NCBI GenBank assembly: GCA_038087875.1
Contig: CM075977.1
Coordinates: 142,786,001 to 142,850,000 of the forward strand
DNA length: 64,000 nt
Direction: 5' to 3'
From: Malacoraja senta
Lineage: Eukaryota
The position numbers were made by a program, and so were the translations under genes. Positions 52,601 through 64,000 of this stretch are shown in pieces. Within the stretch, counting starts at the first letter, position 1. Every line of letters starts with the position of its first letter. The notes beneath the pieces were generated by a model, which worked only from the letters and a program-made list of their open reading frames with translations, did not search any database and was not told where the DNA came from.

Positions 52601-53208
52601 GTTGCCGCCTCGTTGCCTCCCGCTCCTCTGCCCTCGCGACCCTTGGCGCCCCGTTCTCCCGCTGCTCCTCCTGGCCCCCCCCATCAGCCATCTCCCGCTC
52701 GCGTGCCCGTTGCGGTGCCCTTGTCTCCTCCCCGGTCTCCTCGTTCTCCCCCTCCTGCTCACTCCCCTTTCGGTTCACCTATCGCCGCTCCTGCCCCGGT
52801 GCCCACTCTACCTTCGGAGGGGGGGAGAGGCGGGCTTCATACCCGCTCCGGGCGTCTGGTCAAGCCGCCTGAACGTTACGGGGAGTTTGCTTGAATGTTT
52901 TAAGTTTTTCCTGACGATGCACGCGCGGGTTTGTGCCTAGCGTATGAGTCGTGGTCTCACTGTCATCATTGCTATGTTTCCCTTTTCAAGGGGAAGGATG
53001 TAGAGCCATGCATGTTCCTTTAACATGGTGACCTCACTTCTACTAACCACTCCCCATTAGCTTCAGTATAAATGTAACCTTCCCACCCCTAGCTCGCTCT
53101 CTAGCTCCGGTAACGGACCACGAACAGCTAGGGCAATATGTGTGTATACGAATACAATGTATGCAATAAACTACAGTGAAGACACCATGTGTTTGGACAG
53201 TCTTTACA
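49659..53208 (+). mobile_element. Ty3/Gypsy LTR retrotransposon (Mag-like), gag-deleted
   Basis: 210-bp TG..CA LTRs (49659-49868 and 52999-53208, 2 mismatches); TSD GGAGG; PBS TGGTGTCAGAAGTGGGAT (tRNA-Leu type); PPT AAGGGGAAGGA. Confidence 0.97.
49847..52894 (+). CDS. pol: Gypsy pol, 1015 aa: protease C-terminal remnant, RT, RNase H, integrase, Pro-rich tail
   Basis: LDAKNSFWQI, RMPFG, IIDDILV; CDAS..EKE..TDH..AD; HNGH..CSTC; D-D-E (ATDIF, SDNG, AER); TRSGR..PPERY. Confidence 0.93.
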   Translation: MCLDSLYMVSEVGSILKASRLLSFLLLESENVTLLGARACQDLGLVSFHHDIHPVQTPMDPMCEYPDRFDEVLGKLPCKYEIEVDPEVHPVVRPPHRVSFAMKDKVESTLRQMVAMGIIKEVSDATRWVSTMVVAAKKDKSEIRICINPKDLNLAIKRPHYPMRTVEDVAAKVGPATVFSVLDAKNSFWQIPQDERSSLLTTFGTPFGRFRFLRMPFGINSASEVFQRTMEQLFAGLPCAIIIDDILVYGRDVAEHDLHLRLVLDRAREINLKLNPKKCRFRVPEVTYVGHVFTAEGLKPDPQKTAAVSEMPAPVNVPSLQCFLGMMNYLGKFIPDLSELSAPLRELTKMDTAWVWYPLHQAAFDDLKSRLVRTPTLKFFDLKRPIVITCDASSFGLGAACLQIHDRLQLPVSYASRTMTPTEQRYAQIEKELLAVVFACSKFRDYIIGNTFTIETDHQPLVTILNKPIHVASSRLQRMMLQLQRFTFQIVYRKGKDMFVADTLSRAPLASTARHPYESSDLMVLNVNFMPSQQMQSLIHHTAKDPALQQLIDVVRRGWPDRRSPLPAGAAPYFLVRDELVLQGGVVVKGHKVVVPAALRDHYFQTAHNGHPGADATLSQAQSQFYWPSMAQDIRERVSACSTCNTLSPHQQRQPLLQQPAPALAWMAVATDIFEWRGKHFLVLVDSYSSWFEIKRLHSLTSAAVIGTLQPLFATFGIPVTVQSDNGGQFTSAEFRAFAAAYNFRHITSSPEYPQSNGLAERAVRSAKELLEHCRLSHSDFYLALLNLRNISRDPAMGSPAQRLMSRTTRPPIPVSQRSLQPAVRSPAAVQKRITQKQVVQKRSHDKSCRPLQPLFEGQVVRMQSPSGHHRLAVVIGFADSPRSYLVDYEGTIYRRSRQHLLPVNEPAPPPAAPFAPPVAASLPPAPLPSRPLAPRSPAAPPGPPHQPSPARVPVAVPLSPPRSPRSPPPAHSPFGSPIAAPAPVPTLPSEGGRGGLHTRSGRLVKPPERYGEFA

Positions 53209-54422
53209 GGAGGCTCGGCCGCGGGCCCGGTGGACGACATCGTCGGGAGCTCGCAGGTCACAGGTGGGTGACCTGTTTTTCTGGGGCTCCCACAACTACA
53301 GCTGCGTCCGCTGGACTGGAGGGCGGCAGCTTCGGCAGCTTCGGCCACCCCGGGCCACGGAGTTTGAACCGGCCCGTCGCGGACGGAGCACGGTTTCAGC
53401 CGCGGGACTGACTTACCATCACCCAGCGGGGTCACAGCGTCAGAAGCCTGGATTGCCTCAGCGCAGAGGGAGAACAAAGAGGGAAGAGACAGAGACTTTA
53501 AGACTTTTGCCTCCATCACAGTGAGGAGGTGCCTGGTGAACTAACTGTGGTGGATGTTAATTTGTGTTTATTGTGTGTTTTGTTATTTATTATATGTATG
53601 ACTGCAGGCAACGAAATTTCGTTCAGACCGAAAGGTCTGAATGACAATAAAGGAATCTAAGTCTAAGTCTAAGACGCATTTGAGCAGGAAAAAAGGGATC
53701 AAGCCTGTTTGCCTACAAGTAATGTTAATTTTCTGCCTATGGGGTCAAAAGGTTATTTGATTTTCAGAAGCAGCATCCTAATTACTAAAGTTATTACTGA
53801 TGGTGACATGGATGATTTTTAACTCACTGGAATTAGTATTTCTACACCATAATCAAATGAACCATTGAGGCAACTCGAACAATTTCCACGATATTTTGTA
53901 ATTGTGGCTTTCTGTCTTCACAATAGAAAGTACAAGAATCATACTTGAAACCATTTGATAAAATGTACAAGGGAATATAGTGAGGATAGAAACTGATAAG
54001 CCCTTGGATCAGATGGCCTAAAATCCCAGATTTCAAAGAGGGAGCTTTGGAGATCATCATGTTTTGAACTACCATATCTCTTATGTTACAGAATGGTCAA
54101 TGTGGATTGAAAAATTACAAATGTAAGAGAAATGTTCAAGAAAAGAGAGTGAGAAAACAGGCAAATGTTTGAACATTTATTAGGATTCTTGAATCCGGCT
54201 ACTTATAACATAATAAGAAAATAATGATAACATTTTAGTGAAAGAAACAATTTGTCAAATCCTTGAGAGATTGCTGAAGTTGTAACTAGTTATGTAGATG
54301 GTATATATATTCTTATACAAGGCATTTAATAATGTGACACCACAATATTATTATGCAAGATTCAAGTGTGTTGGATTGGAGGTAATCCAAGGACCATGGA
54401 TTGGTCGACAAAAAACTGAGAT

Positions 54423-54783
54423 TTAGTTCAAGTTCAAGTTCACATTTATTGTCACATGCACCAATTAAGGTACAGTGAAAGGTACACAAAAATGCTGGAG
54501 AAACTCAGCGGGTGCAGCAGCATCTATGGAGCGAAGGAAATAGGCAACATTTCGGGCCGAAACCCTTCTTCAGAGGCCCGAAATGTTGCCTATTTCCTTC
54601 GCTCCATAGATGCTGCTGCACCCGCTGAGTTTCTCCAGCATTTTTGTGTACCTTCGATTTTCCAACATCTGCAGTACCTTCTTATACACAAGGTACAGTG
54701 AAGATTGAGTTACCATGCAATCAAAAAGATACCAATCAAAAAGAACACAATATACAATAGAATTTAACATAAACATCCACCAT
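54423..54783 (-). mobile_element. 3' fragment of the non-autonomous family, (GAACTT)n tail, split by a Penelope fold-back
   Basis: ggtggatgtt junction shared with 18385 and 53550; terminal stem-loop plus AATAAA. Confidence 0.6.
54480..54689. mobile_element. Fold-back Penelope terminal mini-insertion
   Basis: About 80-bp perfect inverted arms around a hammerhead-like core; 13-bp TSD AAGGTACAGTGAA at 54467-54479 and 54690-54702. Confidence 0.88.
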
Positions 54784-55035
54784 TTATTGACCCAATAAAT
54801 GGGTCACTTTTGGGTTGGTAGGACTGCTGCAAGGAGCAGTGCTTAAACTTCAACTGATTACATTCCATGTCAATGACATAGATAAGGGGATTGAATGTCA
54901 TCCAGCTTTGTTTTTGGGATGATGGGGGGATTTATCTGTTGTTATCTGGAGCTTGAAAAGACAGGTGAATATTGAAAAGTTAATTCCTCTGGTTATAGAG
55001 TCTGGAACTAGTTTGTTGAGTTTCAGGGTATACAA

Positions 55036-55332
55036 AGCTGGCAGATCTACTGTCTCACAGCACCAGAGACCCAGGTTCGATCCTGACCTCGGGTGCTGTC
55101 TGTTTGGTTTGCACATCCTTCTTGTGGTCCTTCAGGGTGCTCCGGTTTCCTCCCATATTCCAAAGACATGCAGGTTTGTAGGTTAATTGGCCTTGTAAAA
55201 TTTCTCCCCATGTGTAGAGAGTAGATGAGAAAATTGGATAACATAAAGCTAGTGTGAATGAGTGATCAATAGTCAGCGTGGACTTGGTGGGCCAAAGTGC
55301 CTGTTTCTATGCTGTGTCTCTAAACTAAACAA
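55036..55332 (+). mobile_element. HE1-like V-SINE
   Basis: GGTTCGATCC B box, cggtttcctcccat V-domain, (CTAAA)n tail. Confidence 0.82.
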
Positions 55333-56359
55333 AAATGTTTATTAATTTCCAGGACATAAATTCCGTATCTTTGTCTGAGGTTTCAGTTCAGTTTCAGTTT
55401 TGTTTATTGTCACATGTGCCAAGGTACAGTGAAAAACTTTCTGTCGTGTGCTAACCAGTCAGCAGAAAGACAATACATAATTACAATCGATCCATTTACA
55501 GTGTAAAGGGTCACTCAAACCTAGGTCAATGGGATTGATGGCAGTCAGGCTAAAGAATGAAGAATTATTCAAATATTCAGAGATTAATGAAGTAAGCAGG
55601 TCACAGCTGTTCCACAATCTAGATAGGGGTGAACTGGATGTGCCAGTTAGCCTCTTCCTGAAATGGCAGGGAAGTTAATGGGAAACAATGACCAGAACTT
55701 GTATATACTGCAAACCTGATGCATATTTGATAAAATGTGCAACCTAAAGTTTAAAGAATAACTTACAGAGTTCTGGAAACATTGGCTGGGAATTTCCTCG
55801 AAGCTGCTCCCTCTCCACCGCACTTCTGGAGAAGTTACGGCGGCCTGTTTGCACGAATACACTGGCTGGGTTTAGGAGTAAAGGGAAAACGAGTTATGGA
55901 AGGGAGAATTACATTTGGTTTTAGATCGTACTGTATTTGATGATTCTAAGTTAAAAGGTTAATTACTAATTAAACATCTTTAGTTACTTTTTCTGGAATT
56001 TAACTCACATTGGGGTGAATGGATTTAGAGATGTAAAATGTATTAGAAAATGTCATGAAGATGATTTAGGTTAAGTTTAGTAATCCTTAGGATCGACTCA
56101 GAAATGTTTCATATAAATGGTACAATGGTGGAAAAATAACAGCAGTGAGTGTGATTTAATGAAAAAAATCTAGACATACCAAAAAAATGATTATTTAGAA
56201 TTAGTTGTCAATCCAAAATGCGCAAAGAGAGTATTGAAATGTCTGATGAAGTCTTCATAATTCTTCAAGTGTATTGGAGTAACCTAGGTGAGTAAATGTA
56301 GTACAATGTGTGTATGGTCACACTTTAGCTACTGTGCACCAATGATGGAAGTAATGAGG

Positions 56360-57480
56360 AGTCATAGAGTCAAAGTCATACAGCACAGAAACAGGCTCTT
56401 TGGCCCATCTCATCTGTGATGACTAGGTTTTATAACTGAGATACTCCCATGCCTGTATTTGGCCCATATCACTTTACGCCCTTCCTATCCACATACCTAT
56501 GTAAATGTCTTTTAAATGTTAACATTGTACCAGCCCCTACAGCTTCTTCTGACAGTTCGTTCCATATATACAACAGCCTCTGTTTGAAGAAATTGCCTCT
56601 GTCCTCAGAGGCAATTTCTGAAAGGGGAAAGATTTAATAAAAAATCTTCCCCCTCTCATCTTAAACCTATACCCTCTGGACACCTCTACCCTGGGAAAAA
56701 GACTATGACCATTCATCTTATATACACCTCTTATCATTTTGTGCATCTCTATAAAATCACCCCTCACCCTCCTATGCTCCAGGGAAAAATGTTCCAGCTT
56801 GTCCAGCCCCTCCTTATAATTCAAACGTCGAAGTCCTGGTAACATCCTGGTGAATCTTTTCTGCATCCTTTCCAGCTTAATGAAACCTTCCTATAGCTGG
56901 ATGACCAGAACTGCCCATAAAACTCCAAATGTGACCTCACCAACATCTTGTTCAGCTGTGGTATGATGTCCTAATTCCTGTACTTAATACCCTTTATGAT
57001 GAAGACAACTGTGCCAAATGCCTTCTTTACCACCGTTTATCTGTGATACGCTTTCAGGGAACTGCATAATTGTACCACTAAATCTCTCTGCTGTACAACA
57101 CTCACAAGGGCCTTACCATTTGCTATGCAAGTCCTGCCTTGGTTTAAATTACCAAAATGCAATACCTGGCATTTATCTGAATTAAACTCTATCTGGCATT
57201 CCTCGGCCCACAGGCCCAGTTGATCCAGAATCAATTTGTAAACTTCAATAGCCTTTCTCACTGTCCATTATACCACTAATTTTAGTCACCCAAACTGTTA
57301 ATATAGATGACAAATAATAAGTGGACCCAATGCAGATTCCTGACGCACACCACTGGTCACAGGCTTCCAATCAGAAAAACAACCCCCACCATCACCCACA
57401 GACTATTACCACAAGCCCATTTTGAATCCAGTCATCTAGCTCACCCTGAATTTCATGCAAACTAACCTTCTGGACTAGCT
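56360..57480 (-). mobile_element. Old CR1 RT + 3' fragment
   Basis: QKRFTRMLPGL, FNSDKCQVLHFG. Confidence 0.8.
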
Positions 57481-58198
57481 TGAAAGGATGCAGATGCAGA
57501 AAAGATTCACCAGGATGTTACCAGGACTTCAATGTTTGAATTATAAAGAGGGGCTGGACAAGTTGGAATATTTATGATCAGTGTTTTTTTAATTATGGTA
57601 TGTGTCAGTTGAGCAAACTGGCACCTCTATAAAGTTAAACGTTATAATTATGTTTTCCAACCATGTGACATGTATTTTTATTATTAGCGCATACCAGCAT
57701 CTTTATGTCTACATAAAGATCTCTGTTTAGGATGGCAGATGGTAATTAGATTTATAGGTTAATAATGGTAGTGTAAATCCTTATTGATGGTAACTAAGTG
57801 TTATTATTAGAGAAAGCAAAGCTGAGGTAAGATATCTATTGCACATCTGAAAAATGCCTAAAAGACACAATAAAATGAAGATAGTATTATTTATGATGAT
57901 TGACTCCCAATGCTGCTCTGCATAGTGCGAGAAGAAATAAATCAATTGATTTTGAAAAACAGTAACAATAGAACAAGAGAGCATTAAATACAAAATCAAT
58001 TGATTCATATAAAATAGAATGTGATAAAAATCTCACATATCTTTACTATGCTTATCAACATCATGTCTTATGCCATATCCTAAAGTGGCAAGATGTACAA
58101 TCAAAATTACCTGATAACCTGAGCACTTGAAGAAGCTTTAAACAGATTTAAGGCCAATTGGAAATGAATTCAAGATCATTTGCAGACCTTAGGAAACA

Positions 58199-59694
58199 CT
58201 TGACTAAGTGGGACCCGTTGGCTCCCAGTCACACGGGAGGCCTGGTCCCCCAACGTAACCCATTCCCCAAATCAATATTCTACCACTCCCCCGTTCCCCC
58301 AACACAACCCGTTCCCCCAATGCAATATTCCACCACTCACCCATAGCTCCTAACTGCCCAGACGCGGCTCATTTCCCCTCATCCCAGAGCACTCCCTCTC
58401 TTCTTCATGTGTGGGATGGGAGGAGGGGAGGGTGGGAAGTGGGGTGTGTGGCGGGGAGGGTGTGGGGGGTTAGGGAAGCAGTGGTATGTGTGTGGATGGG
58501 CAGGTGTAGAGGGGGGGGAGAGGGGGTGTAGGGGGAGGGGGGTTGTGGGGGAGGGGGGGTGTGGTGGGGGGGTGGGGGGAGGAGTGCATGTGGGCGGGAG
58601 GGGTGTGGGAGGGGGTAGGAGGGATCTGGGGGGGTGTGGGGGAGGGTGTATGTGTGGTTGGGGGAGGGTGTATGTGTGGTAGGGGGGGTGTGTGTGGGCG
58701 GTGGGTTTGTGTGTGGGCGGGGGGATTGTGTGTGTGTGGGGTGTGTGTGTGTGTGGGGGGGTTTGGGGGGAGGGGTGTGGGGGTGGAGGGGTGTGTGAGC
58801 GGGGGTGGGGTGTATGGGGGCGGGGGGTTTGGGGCGGGGGGAGTTGTGGGAGTGGGGGGGCTTGTGCAGGCGGGGGGGTTTGTGGGGGTGGGGGGGGGTT
58901 GTGGGGGGCTGGGCGGGTTGTGGTGCCGGGGGATTTGTGGGGTCGGGGGGGTGTGTGGAGGGAGAGGAGTGTGTGGGTGGTGGGGTGTGTGGGGGGGGGG
59001 GTGTGTGTGGGCGGGGAGTGTGTGGGAGGTGTGTGGGGGAGGGGGGGTTGTGGGGGCGGGGAGGTGTGGGTGGGGGGTGTGTGTGGGCGGCGGGGTGTGG
59101 GGAGTGTGCATGGGGAGGTGGGTGTGTGTGGGACGGTTGGTGTGTGTGGGACGGTTGGGTGTGTGTGGGCGGGGGGCTTGTGGGGGGAGGGGTGAGCGGG
59201 AGGGTTGTGTGGGGGAGAGGGGTGTGTGGGCAGCGGGGAGTGAGCTCGGAGAAAAGATGGGTGAAGAGCCACGGGGGAGAGGGGGGCATCATGAGGGAGG
59301 GGGGAGGAGCCAGTGAGGGGGACCAGAGGGGTAGAGGCTGGAATTGGCAGTGCAATAGGGACTCACAGCGGGCCCTGGTCATTGGTCATTCTTCTTCGCC
59401 GGGATCAGAATCTCCGCTTTCCCTTTGGCGACGTCTCTGACGCTGGGCTGCTGCTTGGGGCTGGGCGGCTGCTTGGGGCTGGGCGGCTGCTTGGGGCTGG
59501 GCAACTGCTTGGGGCTGGGCGGCTGCTTGGGGCGGGGCTGCTTGAGGTGGGGCTGCTTGGGGCGCGGCGGGGCTGCTTGGGGCAGCCCCGGGGCTGAGCT
59601 GCTTCGGGTCCCTCCGAAAGTCCAGTTGGAAACCTCCGCCGGCCATTCTCAGCTCCAGTAAAGACGCGATGGCGCAGGAAGGGTCAGGCCGTCC
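58199..59694 (-). mobile_element. Helitron-family copy (3' end degenerate) with G/GT-rich low-complexity interior
   Basis: CTTGACTAAGTGGGACCCGTTGGCTCCC matches the 25833 terminus; shares the ccaccactcacccatag motif with ~27775. Right boundary hidden by the gap. Confidence 0.6.
59443..59590. repeat. Minisatellite, 15-18-bp unit GGGCTGGGCGGCTGCTTG
   Basis: About 8 recurrences of CTGCTTG. Confidence 0.9.
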
Positions 59695-59894
59695 NNNNNN
59701 NNNNNNNNNNNNNNNNNNNNNNNNNNNNNNNNNNNNNNNNNNNNNNNNNNNNNNNNNNNNNNNNNNNNNNNNNNNNNNNNNNNNNNNNNNNNNNNNNNNN
59801 NNNNNNNNNNNNNNNNNNNNNNNNNNNNNNNNNNNNNNNNNNNNNNNNNNNNNNNNNNNNNNNNNNNNNNNNNNNNNNNNNNNNNNNNNNNNNN
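59695..59894. other. Assembly gap (200 N)
   Basis: Run of N. Confidence 1.
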
Positions 59895-60297
59895 GTCGAG
59901 CCTCTGCATTCGTCGGAGCTCTCGCCTAGCCTCTCCCAAGACTGTGAGCTCTTGATGGTAAGTCCGCAGGCCGCAGTTGGAGCGATCCTAGGCAAGGGAT
60001 CGGTTCTGATATTAAGTCCGCGCCCCGCGGCGGGGCCCAAGGTCAGTCCGAGGAGGCCTCCAGCTCCATCGATGATAGGCCGCAAAGCAACCGGAGACAC
60101 GTCCCGGAAATATCGCGTCTCCGGCAAGGTAAGAAGATGAAAAATAAAGTTTCCCCCACTCCCCCCCCCCCTCCCCTGCTCCCACATAAAACAAATCGGA
60201 GAACATTTACACAAACTTATAAAAAGCACTAAAAAAAATTTAAAAGACGAAAAAACAGACTGTTGGCAGGGCTGCCAATCGTTTGGGGCCCCTGGTG
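59895..60297 (-). mobile_element. 5' part of the GC-rich non-autonomous family
   Basis: Minus-strand layout (T-rich tract, ttttatgtg, G-run, gggggaaact, tacct..cggag, gcggccta) parallels 32618-32850. Confidence 0.6.
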
Positions 60298-60360
60298 GAT
60301 AAGTGCTATTATGAATTACCTCAGAGTTCGGTGTGTGGCAGAAGAATCAAAGGGGAATTA

Positions 60361-60716
60361 GTCATAGTCATAGTGATACAGTGTGGAAACAGGCCCTTCA
60401 GCCCAACTTGCCCACACCGGCCAAGAATGTCCCAACTACACTAATCCCACCTGCCCGCACTTGGTCCAATCCTGTCCCATCCATGTACCTGTCTAACTGG
60501 TTCTTAAACGATGGGATGGTCGCAGCCTCAACTACCACCTTTGACAGCTTGTTCCATACGCCCACCACCCTTTGTGTGAAAAAGTTACACCTTCATAGAT
60601 TCCTATTAAATCCTTTCCCCTTCACCTTGAACCTATGTGTTCTGGTCCTCGATTCTCCTACTCTGGGCAAGAGACTCTGTGAATCTATCCAATCTATTCC
60701 TCTCATGATTTTGTAC
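60361..60716 (-). mobile_element. CR1 3' fragment
   Basis: (CTATGA)n tail and ttttcacacaaagggtggtgg 3' region. Confidence 0.75.
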
Positions 60717-61310
60717 ATTGATGGGAATTGATGGGAATGTCAGAGAAAATAAGTGGTAGGACTTCAGGGAAATAGGGATGGAATGGGACTAGAGGGATTG
60801 CTCTGGTCAGGGCCATTATACTGTAGATCCAATAGGCTCAATGAATTTCTCCTGTCTGGTTACCAGTGAATAATATCATGGCACTTTGTCTTGAATACAA
60901 GTTTTTTTGCACAAAACAATTGGTCACTGACATAAGTTCTTTTAATGAGCATTCCCGATAGAATAAGGCATGACTTGGAAATTAGCCAAGGGCTTTCAGA
61001 AAATGATAAGCAACTAGAGCATGAAGAAGGAGAAAACAAAGGTCTTAGAAGAAAACAATTTTCAGACAAAGTCTTCAGGGAACCATGAACTGGTCTCATA
61101 AAAATACACCACCTGCTTCAGACAGAGGGTCAAACTGATAGCCACACGTGGATGACACTTTAGGTGGTTTTCAAAATTGCCACAACAATTACGCTGCATG
61201 CTGCGGGTATTTTCCAGATGAGAGGATGTCACAGAGATGCCAGATCAGCTCATTCATTTGGGCAAATCCAATCCCATGAAGATGGTGTAGTCACCACTTC
61301 ATTCTTTAAA

Positions 61311-61485
61311 AATACACAAAATGCTGGAATAGCTCAGCGGGTCAGGCAGTATCTCTGGAGAACATGGAGAGGTGACAATAGAAATGTCACCTATCCGTGT
61401 TCTCCAGAGATGCTGCCCGACCCACTGAGTTATTCCAGCACTTCGTGTCTTTTTTTGTAACTTAGCATGTTCAGTTCCTTGCTTC
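61311..61485. mobile_element. Fold-back pair of Penelope termini with the central core deleted
   Basis: tgctggaatagctcagcgggtcaggcag..aggtgaca / tgtcacct..ctgagttattccagca inverted arms. Confidence 0.75.
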
Positions 61486-62339
61486 CACCTCATTCTTTCA
61501 ACTGGCTTGCTTCCGCCCAGCATGTGTTACTTTAGGCACCAATGTCAAAGTCAGAGCATTTGAATTTCCGGGCCAGAGTATTGAAGCATTGATCAAGTCC
61601 CTCACTGTTGTCCACAAAAAATCCTGGTGTTCCAGGTCCGAGTAGCAGTTGATTGTAAGTGACTTCTTTTAATGTTGGATAGGTGTTGTGCACAAGCTAC
61701 CACACCAGAAAAATCCTGAATCTAATGGCAAGACAGCTGGAGATGTTACATGATACGTGAACATGATACATGAACTCCCATACACATGTACACGTGCATG
61801 CAGTGCAAATATACACATGAGTAGGCTCAATCACAGGTGCCCTTGCCCAATGGAGTAACATCCTGGACTCCCAGTTATGGTGGAATTTATGATCTAACTA
61901 ACTTTCTGAGTTATGGACAATCTACATCAGGCACTTCAAGGAACTTCATACCACTGGAGTATCACCAATACTATCTCTGCAAAATCCACTATCAGGACTT
62001 TAGAGACAAATCTGATATGTTGTTTGCATTAAATCAAACTGGGGCATGTTAAAAACATACTGCTAGGATTATCAAATTAAATCTATATATATACACAACA
62101 TATATACAAATATCAACCTGTTATAATAATGATTTAACTATATTGATATCAGGATGATCACAGCAGCTTTAATTTTCAATTATCATGACAAAAGCATATA
62201 AGGAACAAGAGAAGTAGATTATGTGTCTCCTCAAGCGTGTTCCAACTTTCTGGCTGATTTTTCTTTAAGCTCAACATCAAAAGCATTATAAAAATATGGA
62301 ATACCATCCTGTGAAGTGAAATAGTCTGACTGGGGACAG

Positions 62340-62712
62340 AATTATTGAATTATAGTCTTCCAGGATTGGATAGGATGGGCATGTTTTTTCCTGAAGGCAA
62401 GGAGACTGAGGAGTGATCTGATATAAGTATGCAAGATTATGAGAGGGATTAATGTGTTAGGTAGTCAAAATCTTTCTCCCCTGATAGGAGTATTAAAAAC
62501 AAGCGAGCAAAGGCTTAAAATGAGCCTCCCGAATCTGAAGGGTGTTTTTTTATAAACAGAGAGTGGTTGGCATCTGCAACCAGTGCAAGTGGAGTCAGAT
62601 TCATTCACTACTGTGAAGAGGTATTTAGACAAGTAATAGGTAAGGCACAGAAGGATATAGTCCTAATAGGCCAACTGGGGCTCATGTAGTTGAGCAAAAA
62701 GGTTGGCATGAA
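62340..62712 (+). mobile_element. Very degraded CR1 3' fragment
   Basis: ggagactgaggagtgatctgata (RLRSDLI) and CR1-like 3' UTR. Confidence 0.55.
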
Positions 62713-63011
62713 TGTGGTGGGGTGGGGTCATATATACAATCTCTATGATTACTAAAATAAAAGCTATACTGATTCACTATCAAATAAAAGGTGGAATTAC
62801 TGCATACAATAGATCAGATACATATGAGAAAAGAGACAACAAACATTTTAAATGGGTCATCACATTATGGGTATTATTATTCCATCTTTCTCATTTGGGG
62901 GACTGACTGATGGGCCGTATTATTGCAGACTCCAAGGATTTGTAGCTTTTAAAAATAATTGTCTTTCGTATATACACCTTTGTGTAATAGAGGGAATGCA
63001 GTAGACTTCTA

Positions 63012-63167
<156 letters not shown>

Positions 63168-63242
63168 TTAGTTTGAAAACAGTAACATAAATTCATAAAA
63201 CATTTAGGTAAATGATGATGTGGTAAAACAACAGCCATGATA

Positions 63243-63520
63243 GGGCGGCACGGTGGCGTAGCAGTACAGTTGTCTTACAGCGCCACAGACCCGGGTTCGA
63301 TCCTGGCTGTCTGAATGGAGTTTGTACGTTCTCCATGTGACCGCGTGGACTTTCTCCAAGAACTTTGGTTTCCTCCCACACTCCAAAGACGTACAAGTTT
63401 GCAGGTTAATTGGTTTGGTATAAATGTTCAAAAATTGGCCCTAGTGTAGGATCGTGTTAATGTGCGGGGATCGCTGGTCGGTGCAGAGTTGCACTGTATC
63501 TCTAAACTAAACTAAACTAA
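63243..63520 (+). mobile_element. HE1-like V-SINE
   Basis: GGCGGCACGGTGGCGTAGC head, GGTTCGATCC B box, V-domain, (CTAAA)n tail. Confidence 0.87.
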
Positions 63521-63649
63521 GATGCACAATATCATGTATTTAAAAGCCGATCTAGAAGATGAGAAAAATCAATAGAAAGGCAAGTGGGATTTGAAATTAC
63601 AAAGTCATGATGTTGCTAACGGAGGAAAACATATTTTAGAGCACGTAAT

Positions 63650-64000
63650 GGAGGAGCAAGTGAGGTCTTGCTTCAGCATTACCTTCACCCATGTTAGATA
63701 GTGCCTTTATTTATCAGGAACGGTGAGAGAAAATGCTGGGAGACACCATCCGTGGAGGAATGGACGCATATAGGGACTAGCTGAGGCACTAGGGGCCATG
63801 GAATTGGAAGTTGTTAAAATGGGAGATATTATACGAGATATCCTGGATGAAGGTGGAAAGGGACTGGATAAGGGTGGAAGATAAAGTTGTGATGTGAGAA
63901 GTGGGGCAAGGGCAGGAAGAAATAATGGGCCTATCCAGGGCAGTCTTGCTTTTGAATCTTGAGGAGCAGATGGAAAGAGGTAGTGCTGGGTTGGGTGCTA
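63650..64000 (-). mobile_element. Degraded Penelope RT fragment
   Basis: Minus strand reads ..FHLLLKIQKQDCPG.., similar to the Penelope FYxLPKIHK..PGRP motif. Confidence 0.55.

Larger units (their letters stand above)
49410..53673 (+). mobile_element. GC-rich non-autonomous retroposon (49410-49658 + 53209-53673), (TCTAAG)n tail, host of the Gypsy insertion
   Basis: ccatcacagtgagg..ctgtggtggatgtt block, ttcagaccgaaaggtctgaa stem-loop, AATAAA. Confidence 0.7.

Noticed and set aside
49847-52894. Domesticated Gypsy-derived host gene
   Set aside because: Near-identical LTRs, TSD, PBS and PPT indicate a recent insertion; an intact frame is expected at this age.
58379-59661. Long Pro/His/Thr-rich or Gly/Val-rich ORFs
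   Set aside because: Open in nearly all frames because low-complexity G/T sequence lacks stop codons.

Overview
Eukaryotic (vertebrate) genomic DNA, most likely a cartilaginous fish such as a skate or ray; this is inferred from HE1-type V-SINEs and their CR1 partner LINEs. The window lies inside the FRMD3 gene on the minus strand. Seven phase-compatible internal coding exons (63141 down to 20182, 596 nt) were assembled by eye, and almost none appear in the ORF track. They encode the end of FERM-M, FERM-C, the FERM-adjacent region and the start of the tail. The introns are dense with transposons: CR1 LINEs (some nested), a 5'-truncated L1/Tx1 with a 14-bp TSD, Rex1/Babar fragments, V-SINEs, three PIF/Harbinger MITEs, nested Helitrons carrying 48-bp arrays, Penelope fragments with many hammerhead-like termini, and a young Gypsy LTR element. 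There are two assembly gaps. The best candidates for something new are: (1) a TAG...CTA DNA transposon with a 7-bp TSD (hATw-like) carrying a decayed exon for a Spindlin/Spin-Ssty-like Tudor domain; (2) a gag-less Gypsy element whose intact RT-RH-IN frame starts inside the LTR; (3) a non-autonomous retroposon family with one shared body and five different 3' tails; (4) fold-back Penelope hammerhead mini-insertions with their own TSDs; (5) a Helitron built from two [48-bp array + conserved block] modules. No database searches were run; family and domain calls come from motif recognition.
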